From sequence record Ga0182078_10360018: a stretch of 8,636 bases of DNA, one strand, 5' to 3'. The translations under genes and the position numbers were made by a program. Positions 1 through 5,885 of this stretch are shown one piece after another. Source of the stretch: a metagenome. The notes under the pieces were generated by a model, which searched no databases, had not been told where the DNA came from, and saw only the letters and a list, made by a program, of their open reading frames with translations. Position 1 is the first letter of the stretch; each line of letters opens with the position of its first letter.

Positions 1-287
1 CACCAGAGACGGATGTATGATCTCACCTACGCGTTCGTCGTTCGCGTCGTTCATGTCGATCGATCGTCCCCAGCAGTGTTCGCGTGACGAGCGAGCGAGG
101 CGGTGCGACGAACCGTCGCGTTTTTGTAGTTCTCGGGAGGACTGGAAAAATTTAGTTCGGACAAACGATGCATTCAAAGTTGTACATACTTTATTTTCTA
201 AATCCCAAGTACTTAATACTATCTATATATAAATATGATAGTATTAGAACTCGGACAGTTGAACCGTATTATAAATTATTCCGCCGT

Positions 288-318
288 AAATCCAGGGGGA
301 TGCCGGAACTAAACATTT
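288..318 (-). pseudogene. Decayed partial copy of the tRNA-Pro 3' end plus trailer (tRNA-derived fragment)
   Basis: AAATCCAGGGGGATGCCG at 288..305 is identical over 18/18 nt to 371..388, which is the tRNA trailer plus the acceptor and T-stem 3' strand. The following GAACTAAAC resembles the T-loop region CGAATCGAAC of the intact gene. No 5' half or anticodon arm is present. Confidence 0.5.
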
Positions 319-367
319 GTCATAAAAGTCGGACATTTGACACATACTTAAGGAGAAATAAGCCTAT

Positions 368-373
368 AAAAAA
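368..373 (-). terminator. RNA polymerase III terminator (T6 run) just 3' of tRNA-Pro
   Basis: On the minus strand the tRNA discriminator C is followed by TGGATTTTTTATAG. The T6 run starts 4 nt after the tRNA 3' end, which is the classic Pol III termination signal. Confidence 0.6.
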
Positions 374-377
374 TCCA

Positions 378-491
378 GGGGGATGCCGCGAATCGAACGC
401 GGGGCCTCTCCCATGTTCATTCTAGCGCTCTTCAGCGCTGGGTCGTTCGACGAGACCCGAAGGGAGAATCATACCACTAGACCACATCCCC
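378..491 (-). tRNA. tRNA-Pro (anticodon CGG) with a 42-nt intron; the mature tRNA is 72 nt and CCA is not encoded
   Basis: The reverse complement reads GGGGATG TG GTC TAGTGGTAT GAT T CTCCC TTCGGG[intron]T GGGAG AGGCC CCGCG TTCGATT CGCGG CATCCCC C. The 7-bp acceptor stem, 5-bp anticodon stem and 5-bp T stem are all perfect, and the D stem is 3 bp as in eukaryotic tRNA-Pro. An A-box-like TGGTCTAGTGG and a B-box-like CGTTCGATTCG are present. The anticodon loop TTCGGGT gives CGG. The layout is colinear with canonical eukaryotic tRNA-Pro. Confidence 0.9.
414..455 (-). other. tRNA intron at the canonical 37/38 position (42 nt)
   Basis: The sequence TCTCGTCGAACGACCCAGCGCTGAAGAGCGCTAGAATGAACA interrupts the anticodon loop. 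Removing it restores a 7-nt loop and the CTCCC/GGGAG stem. It contains internal hairpins AGCGCT-GAAG-AGCGCT and GTCG-AA-CGAC. The boundary is ambiguous by 1 nt because a T flanks both ends. Confidence 0.8.
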
Positions 492-762
492 GTAGATTGA
501 TGGGTTTAAGCAGTGCTTAAACACGCATCTGACGTGTGGGTAGAATCGTAAAATATTTCGACCCACGAGCTAGGTGAGTGATGCGTAAAGATTCACGGGT
601 GTATTTTGAGTGCCCGTTGGGGACTGTAAATGTATTTTACCACATTGGTGTATGAAATGACGATTTATGAACGATGCATGAAATAAAGAGGTTGTTTTTA
701 CAAGGCTTTGTCTCTCGAGAGGGACTCTCTGTGGTTTAGGGAATTCGGGAAACGCCCCATCA

Positions 763-3246
763 TCACGCGGCTTCAGCGTGCTCCTCCTTGGCTTTACGCT
801 TGGCGCGCTTTTTAGCGTTCTTTCGCGCGTTTTTACCGACGCCGCCGCCCGGTGTCGTCGTCGTCGTCGTCGTCGTCGTCGAAGACGTCTTCTTCTTACC
901 AAAGGCTGCGTCGGCGTAGGACGCGGCGCGAGTCTCAATCTCGAGCTCGTCGTCGTCGTCGTCGTCATTTTCATCGACTTTGGATGATTCACGCAATCTC
1001 TTCTTCTTCTTTTTGTCGCCGCCGCGCGCAGACGAAGACAGGAACTCTCTAGCCATGCGTCGCGCTCTCGCGCGCTGGTTAGCGTCGATGGTCGCGTCGT
1101 TCGCGTCGTCTCTATACGGTGCGAGCTTCTTCAGACCGACGATTTGATTGAGAGACTTGTCATCCATGGTCAAAATATCGCGCGTCGTGAGACCGAACAT
1201 CTTCGGAGCAACCTCTTTGTACGCGAACCGCGTGGGGGTATCGCCGATGAAATCTTCGGCGTCCAACTTGTAATACTCATCCATCTTTGCCATGAGCTCC
1301 TTGCGCCACTTTTTCGCCGCTCTCTTGCTATATTTGTTTTCCTCGAGAGGAAATTCTTCTTGCTCTGCGGCTTCTTCTTCTTCTTCTTCTTCGTCGTCGT
1401 CGCTCAAGTCCTCTTCTTTGTCCTCCGCGTCAGGAAAGTCGTCGCCCTCAAAGTCGTCGTCCTCCTCGCCGCCAACATCCCCTCCCTCGAGCAGCGTCGC
1501 CAATTCATCCTCCAAATCACCAAATTCAGGTTTTTGTAGTGATCCTCCATCGCCCTCCTCGTCTCCGTAGTAGTCGTCACCGTACATCTTTGCCATGACG
1601 GCGTCGTGCGCTTCTGGATCAAACTCTGTCGTCAAATCGGTGGCGCCGTGGACGACATCGTCTCGCACGCCGCCGACCGCAGAGATTTGACGCATCTTAC
1701 TCTCAATCTCTTCGCGCTTGAGATTCTTCAATCGACGAACTTCCGCGAGGAGTTTAGCGCGCTCCGACTCTTTGCGCTCCTTGACCTTTTTCCGCTTATC
1801 GCGGCGCTTGGTATCCTCTCGGCGAACCAATCCCTCGATGTGTCTCGAGTGCGACTGTAAGCGGTCCGACCCGGGCTCTTCAAATCTAAAGTTGTACTTG
1901 TGCTCGAATTCCTCGGCGCGTTCTAAGAGTGAGGATGAAGAAGAGGAGGATGAAGAAGAAGAGGAGGACGACGAAGAGCTCCCGTCGCCGTCGCTGTCGC
2001 CGTCGTCGTCCATTTCTCTGCTTCTGTTTCTCTCCCTCTTTTTCTTCGCCGTACCCTCGTCCGTCTTCATCCACTGTTTTTCCAAGAGATATTCGCGCAA
2101 AAACTTATCCTCAGCGCTCAGTTCCCCTCGTTCGCCTCGCGCGTCGAAATACTTGGACAACTTTTCATTCGCCGCCTTTTGATCGTCCTCGCGAAAAGCC
2201 TCCATCTTTTCGGCGCGTCTCTTCACCACCAACCCACCATCTTCCTCGACTTCGTCGCCCGAGCCTCCATTTTCGCCATCACTATCGTTACCAAACGCCG
2301 CCGCCGCGCTCTTGAACGCCTCCTTGAGCGCGGCTTGCTCCTCTACGTACGACGGACCGTCGCCCGTCTTCATCGATCGCGCTTCGGCTTCGGCTTCGGC
2401 GTCCTCCAACGCCGTGGCGCCTCCTTCCAACAACTGCGTCGCCGTCACCTCGCGAAGCGTCGCCTTTTTACGTTTCGGTTGTTCTGACTTTTTACCCGCA
2501 TCATCATCATCCGCGTCGTCTTCGTCCTGAAAGAGTTTCGTTTCGGCGTCGTAAATCGACGGGTCTCGCTCGCGAATCTTCGTCAAAGCCTCTGCAAACG
2601 CCCCATCGAACGCGCGTTCCAAAACCTCCTCCTCATCGCTCTCCGTCGCGCTCGAATCATCATCCTCATCATCTTCACCCTCACCGCCATCACCGCCTTC
2701 CGCGCCGGATGCCCCGAGCGCCGAAACCGCGTACTCGCGCTCGAGCTTCGCTTGCAGTCTGTGCATCTCCTTCCTCCGCTCGTTGTGTTCAAACCTCGCC
2801 GCGAACGCCTCGTTGATTCGAAGTTTATCCTTGCTGTTGTTTTTACCGCTCTTCGTCTTAGATTTCTTGTTTCGTTCCGACGACGACGACGACGACGACG
2901 ACGACGAATCATCATCGCTCGAGCCGCCGCCGCCTCTGCTGGACGCACCGCGAACATCATCATCGTCGTCTTCTTCGCTCGACGACGACGACGACGACGA
3001 CGACGACGTCCAGGACGACGAATCCGATCCATCCTCGTCGTCAAACATCGCCGTCTTCTTCTTCCCACCGCCTCGCGTCATCGATCCGTTCGGTCGACGT
3101 CGCGCTCTCGCGCTCTTCCCCAACCGCCGGGGCCCGGCTCGGCTCGGCTCGCCCCGGCTCGGCTCGATCGATGACGAAGAAACCGATCGGTACTTTTCAC
3201 CGTTCACCATCGACGGTCGCACCCTGAAAACCGCGCGATGGTCCAT
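763..3246 (-). CDS. KRI1: KRI1-like nucleolar ribosome (40S) biogenesis protein
   Basis: One long ORF with a TGA stop at 763..765. Conserved KRI1 blocks are present: LRINEAFAARFEHNERRKEMHRLQ near the N-terminus, the central EEFEHKYNFRFEEPGSDRLQSHSRHIEGLVRREDTKRRDKRKK..LKNLKREEI block, FDPEAHDAVMAKMYGDDYYG, and the C-terminal MDEYYKLDAEDFIGDTPTRFAYKEVAPKMFGLTTRDILTMDDKSLNQIVGLKKLAPYRD block. The track start at 3276 is GTG. In-frame ATGs lie at 3246, 3210, 3081 and 3048, so the true start is uncertain. The ATG at 3048 gives MFDDEDGSDS, which resembles plant KRI1 N-termini. Confidence 0.92.
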   Translation of the reverse strand: MDHRAVFRVRPSMVNGEKYRSVSSSSIEPSRGEPSRAGPRRLGKSARARRRPNGSMTRGGGKKKTAMFDDEDGSDSSSWTSSSSSSSSSSEEDDDDDVRGASSRGGGGSSDDDSSSSSSSSSSERNKKSKTKSGKNNSKDKLRINEAFAARFEHNERRKEMHRLQAKLEREYAVSALGASGAEGGDGGEGEDDEDDDSSATESDEEEVLERAFDGAFAEALTKIRERDPSIYDAETKLFQDEDDADDDDAGKKSEQPKRKKATLREVTATQLLEGGATALEDAEAEAEARSMKTGDGPSYVEEQAALKEAFKSAAAAFGNDSDGENGGSGDEVEEDGGLVVKRRAEKMEAFREDDQKAANEKLSKYFDARGERGELSAEDKFLREYLLEKQWMKTDEGTAKKKRERNRSREMDDDGDSDGDGSSSSSSSSSSSSSSSSSLLERAEEFEHKYNFRFEEPGSDRLQSHSRHIEGLVRREDTKRRDKRKKVKERKESERAKLLAEVRRLKNLKREEIESKMRQISAVGGVRDDVVHGATDLTTEFDPEAHDAVMAKMYGDDYYGDEEGDGGSLQKPEFGDLEDELATLLEGGDVGGEEDDDFEGDDFPDAEDKEEDLSDDDEEEEEEEAAEQEEFPLEENKYSKRAAKKWRKELMAKMDEYYKLDAEDFIGDTPTRFAYKEVAPKMFGLTTRDILTMDDKSLNQIVGLKKLAPYRDDANDATIDANQRARARRMAREFLSSSARGGDKKKKKRLRESSKVDENDDDDDDELEIETRAASYADAAFGKKKTSSTTTTTTTTTPGGGVGKNARKNAKKRAKRKAKEEHAEAA
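854..880. repeat. (GTC)9 perfect trinucleotide repeat, read as (ACG)9, a poly-Thr run in the KRI1 C-terminus
   Basis: Counted directly in the sequence. The frame was checked against the KRI1 stop at 763. Confidence 0.95.
949..966. repeat. (GTC)6 perfect trinucleotide repeat, read as (GAC)6, a poly-Asp run in KRI1
   Basis: Counted directly in the sequence. It encodes NDDDDDDELE. Confidence 0.95.
2878..2907. repeat. (CGA)10 perfect trinucleotide repeat, read as (TCG)10, a poly-Ser run in KRI1
   Basis: Counted directly in the sequence and in frame with the KRI1 CDS. Confidence 0.95.
2980..3006. repeat. (CGA)9 perfect trinucleotide repeat, read as (TCG)9, a poly-Ser run in KRI1
   Basis: Counted directly in the sequence and in frame with the KRI1 CDS (WTSSSSSSSSSSEEDDDDD). 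Confidence 0.95.
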
Positions 3247-3549
3247 CGATCGATCGATCGCGGGTGCCGACCACACTACTATGTGTAAACAGTGTGCATG
3301 TTATCCAAATTCGTCTGCCTGGCGCCTTGACGGGTCGAACGTTGCGTCTTCGACGACGACGGCGACAGAGACGCGCGTCGACGGACGAACGAACGAACGG
3401 AAGAAGGGAGGAACGGTGACTCTCGCGTGAGAACTCGACGCGCGCGCGGGCGGACGGACGGACGAAGCGGCGTGTCGTTCGTGTGTTCTTCGCGCGTGTT
3501 TCTTCCAGAGGAACGTTTTATTGATTTCGACTCGGTTGATCGTCGCGAC
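3247..3549. promoter_or_regulatory. Bidirectional promoter and 5'-UTR region between the divergent KRI1-like and squalene epoxidase genes
   Basis: The call is inferred from the head-to-head arrangement of the two CDSs. It contains short tetranucleotide tracts: ACGGACGAACGAACGAACGG at 3381..3400 and GGGCGGACGGACGGACGAAGCGG at 3448..3470. The extent depends on which KRI1 ATG is used. Confidence 0.45.
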
Positions 3550-5133
3550 ATGGGGAGCTTCCGATCGGCGTTTAGCATGAAGAAGAAGAGGAAGAACGGC
3601 GGTGGCGACGATGCCGCTGCTGCCGCTCATGGAACCACCGCGTTGGCCACTTCACCAACCACGTCCGGACCGTTCGACGTCGTCGTCGTCGGCGCGGGCG
3701 TCGCCGGGGCGAGCCTGGCGTACGCGCTCGGTAAAGAAGGACGACGGGTTTTGTGCATTGAACGGGATTTGTCGCAACCGGACCGGATTGTTGGCGAGTT
3801 GTTGCAACCTGGGGGATACCTGAAGCTGAAGGATCTCGGGTTGGAGTCGTGCGTGGAGGGCATCGACGCGCAGAAGGTGTACGGGTACACGATGTTTAAA
3901 GACGGCGAAGTGGCGACGATGACGTACCCGCTCGAAGGGCGGTCGGATGACGTGGCGGGGCGAAGTTTTCACAACGGTAGGTTTGTGCAAAAGCTTCGCG
4001 AGGCGGCGATGGCCGTCGACAAGGTTGAGGTGCGCCAAGGGACGGTGAAGAAGCTGCTCAACGCTGAGGGTAACGAGTGGAAGGAGGGCGAAGTCGTCGC
4101 GGGGGTGTCGTACACCACGGGGGATAAGTGGGACGAGAAGAGACAAAAAGTGATCGAGGGATCGAGTGAAACCAAGACGGTGTTCGCGCCGCTCACGGTG
4201 GTGTGCGATGGGCACTTTAGTAGTTTGAGATCAAAGTTGAGCCAAGCGGCTCCGGATCACCCGAGTCACTTCGTTGGCTTGATTCTCAAGGGAAAACCGA
4301 GCGATTTGTTGCCAAACGGAAACCACGGGCACGTGGTTTTGGGAAATCCGTCTCCAATTCTCTTCTACCCCATCTCGAGCGAAGAGGTGCGCTGTTTGGT
4401 GGACATTCCGTCCTCGGTCAAGATGCCGAGTGTCGCCAAGGGTGAAATGGCCAAGTACGTGCTCGAGAAGATTGTGCCGCAAATTCCGGAACAACTCAGG
4501 CCGCATCTCATCAAGGCGGTCAACGATGGACAATTTAGATCGATGCCTAACAAGACGATGGCGGCCAAGCCGTCGAGAACCCCCGGGGCGGTGCTCTTGG
4601 GTGACGCCTTTAACATGCGTCACCCGCTCACCGGCGGCGGTATGACGGTGGCGCTCAACGACATTCACACCTTCAAGTCGATGCTCGACCCGCTTCCGGA
4701 CTTTTCAGACGGCGAAAGGACGGGCGCCAAGCTGGATGAGTTTTACCGTCACCGTACGCAACCGGCGCTGACGATTAACACACTCGCCAATGCGCTGTAC
4801 GCCGTGTTTTGCTCGAGCGGCGACACGAGCATGGAGGAGATGCGCCAAGCGTGCTTCGAGTACCTCAAGCTCGGTGGATCCTACGCTCGAGGCCCGATCG
4901 CGTTGCTTTCCGGCCTCGATTCCAACCCGCTCAATTTAGTGAACCACTTTTTCAGCGTCGCGCTCTTTGGCATCGGGAGGCTGTTGGTGCCGCTCCCGAC
5001 GCCCGAGCGCATCTTCAAGGGTGGTAACATTCTCACCGGCGCGTGCAAAATAATCTTCCCAATCGTCAAAGGTGAAGGTTTCGCGCGCATGTTCTTCCCG
5101 GCGTGGCTCAAGCGACGTCTCGGGGTCATTTAG
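3550..5133 (+). CDS. SQE: Squalene monooxygenase (squalene epoxidase), FAD-dependent
   Basis: The Rossmann FAD motif VVVVGAGVAGASLAYALGKEGRRVLCIERD is present. Squalene epoxidase family signatures follow: RIVGELLQPGGYLKLKDLGL, GRSFHNGRFVQKLR, PLTVVCDGHFSSLR and LLGDAFNMRHPLTGGGMTVAL. Similarity to human and plant SQE is colinear through the hydrophobic C-terminus. The track start at 3427 is GTG. The first ATG is at 3550, in the context gacATGG. The TAG stop is at 5131..5133. Confidence 0.96.
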   Translation: MGSFRSAFSMKKKRKNGGGDDAAAAAHGTTALATSPTTSGPFDVVVVGAGVAGASLAYALGKEGRRVLCIERDLSQPDRIVGELLQPGGYLKLKDLGLESCVEGIDAQKVYGYTMFKDGEVATMTYPLEGRSDDVAGRSFHNGRFVQKLREAAMAVDKVEVRQGTVKKLLNAEGNEWKEGEVVAGVSYTTGDKWDEKRQKVIEGSSETKTVFAPLTVVCDGHFSSLRSKLSQAAPDHPSHFVGLILKGKPSDLLPNGNHGHVVLGNPSPILFYPISSEEVRCLVDIPSSVKMPSVAKGEMAKYVLEKIVPQIPEQLRPHLIKAVNDGQFRSMPNKTMAAKPSRTPGAVLLGDAFNMRHPLTGGGMTVALNDIHTFKSMLDPLPDFSDGERTGAKLDEFYRHRTQPALTINTLANALYAVFCSSGDTSMEEMRQACFEYLKLGGSYARGPIALLSGLDSNPLNLVNHFFSVALFGIGRLLVPLPTPERIFKGGNILTGACKIIFPIVKGEGFARMFFPAWLKRRLGVI

Positions 5134-5240
5134 TTTGTTTGCGACGATTTATTTTACGGTACCACCACCACCTTCCACCATTAATACTACAAATCTATGT
5201 TTAGCCATTTATGCATTCATTCATTCGCTTGCTTACTCAC

Positions 5241-5885
5241 TCATTCGTCGTACGGATACTCCTCAGGCACGAGCTCGACAAGTTTGACCCTGATGGCAAA
5301 CTTATTCCCCATCCCGCGTAACGGATCGCCCTCAAAGCTACACGTCGTTCGCATGCGCACCGTCTCGAGCGCGCCTCGAATCGCCCCGCACAGCATGTTA
5401 CAGTATGCCAACTCCCGGTACCGCGTTGGAAGCTCCACAAAATCCGCCAACGGATTATTATCCATCTCAATCACGCACTCGTCCCGTTCCTCGCTCCAAT
5501 CTCTCGTTCTCGCCGTCGCGTTTAGAAACATCTTCAAACCAACCTTTGCCGTCATCTCCATCGCCGCCTCGAACGACGCACACGCCCCGCTCGACGCGTT
5601 CGTTCGCGCCAGATACTCCTCGATGATTCTCGTTCCAATATTTCGCCCGAGTTGGTCCAGTTTCCCGTTCACCGCCTCGACGTCGTCCTCGTGATCCCGC
5701 AGGATTTGTCTCACAAAGGCTCCGTGCGTCAACGCAAACAGTTCCGAGGATACTTTTTCCATCGAGTTCCACGTCGCCGTCGCCAACACATCCGCTTTCG
5801 TCGTCTTCGAGGAGGTGGTATTCGTCGTCGTCGTCGTCGTCGAGGTATTCATCGCCGTGGTATTCGTCGTCATCGCGTTGGACAT
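5241..5885 (-). CDS. BET3: TRAPP complex subunit BET3/TRAPPC3 (vesicle tethering)
   Basis: KVSSELFALTHGAFVRQILRDHEDDVEAVNGKLDQLGRNIGTRIIEEYLARTN is colinear with human TRAPPC3 [52 protein letters not shown]. Further matches are NNPLADFVELP and LCGAIRGALE. The ATG at 5885 is real. An alternative ATG at 5762 would remove a Thr/Asn-rich extension of about 41 aa. Confidence 0.93.
   Translation of the reverse strand: MSNAMTTNTTAMNTSTTTTTTNTTSSKTTKADVLATATWNSMEKVSSELFALTHGAFVRQILRDHEDDVEAVNGKLDQLGRNIGTRIIEEYLARTNASSGACASFEAAMEMTAKVGLKMFLNATARTRDWSEERDECVIEMDNNPLADFVELPTRYRELAYCNMLCGAIRGALETVRMRTTCSFEGDPLRGMGNKFAIRVKLVELVPEEYPYDE
5824..5841. repeat. (GTC)6 perfect trinucleotide repeat, read as (ACG)6, a poly-Thr run in the BET3 N-terminal extension
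   Basis: Counted directly in the sequence. The frame was checked against the BET3 stop at 5241. Confidence 0.95.

Noticed and set aside
1-232. Left-edge coding possibilities. A minus-strand ATG at 54..52 is open to position 1 (MNDANDERVGEIIHPSLV..). Plus-strand frames are open from the edge to stops at 85..87 and 230..232 (track ORF 17..232).
   Set aside because: Each option offers too few codons, none has recognisable homology, and the readings compete. The GC-rich segment 1..~120 probably belongs to a neighbouring gene or UTR, but strand and frame cannot be decided from this window.
712-721. The 10-nt palindrome CTCTCGAGAG just downstream of the KRI1 stop.
   Set aside because: It is short, contains a common XhoI-type core and has no flanking stem extension. 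It is compatible with chance in a 3' UTR.
492-762. A possible box C/D or H/ACA snoRNA in the ORF-free AT-rich spacer, for example GTGATGC at about 569..575.
   Set aside because: There is no proper RUGAUGA C box paired with a CUGA D box and terminal stem at a suitable distance on either strand, and no ACA box with hairpins. The evidence is insufficient without covariance-model or expression data.
570-992. A 140-aa minus-strand ORF, MNHPKSMKMTTTTTTSSRLRL..RRRRLRRRRRRRRR..
   Set aside because: It is an alternative frame of the KRI1 C-terminus running into the 3' UTR. The poly-Arg and poly-Thr content is a by-product of the (GTC)n repeats, and it has no independent coding signal.
3247-3276. Track ORF 763..3276 (-) begins with M at 3276.
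   Set aside because: The codon at 3276..3274 is GTG, not ATG, and the gene is eukaryotic. I trimmed the CDS to the first ATG at 3246, and even that start is uncertain.
2583-3430. ORFs 2583..3068 (-), 2752..3174 (+) and 2783..3430 (+) with poly-Arg or poly-Asp runs.
   Set aside because: They are off-frame or antisense readings of the KRI1 trinucleotide-repeat region. They are low-complexity and fully nested in a CDS that has strong homology support.
3427-3549. Track ORF 3427..5133 (+) has an N-terminal 41-aa extension, MRTRRARGRTDG...
   Set aside because: The codon at 3427 is GTG. The extension is Arg-rich, overlaps the (CGGA)n tract and has no SQE homology. The first ATG at 3550 has a good context (purine at -3, G at +4).
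3652-4668. Long antisense ORFs inside SQE: 3652..4215 (-), 4231..4668 (-) and 4365..4616 (-).
   Set aside because: High GC content suppresses stop codons on the antisense strand. The peptides are Arg/His/Leu-rich with no recognisable domains, and the sense frame has unambiguous SQE homology.
5197-5694. A 165-aa plus-strand ORF antisense to BET3.
   Set aside because: It is Ser-rich and low-complexity, and it sits entirely opposite a well-supported BET3 CDS. It is an antisense artefact.
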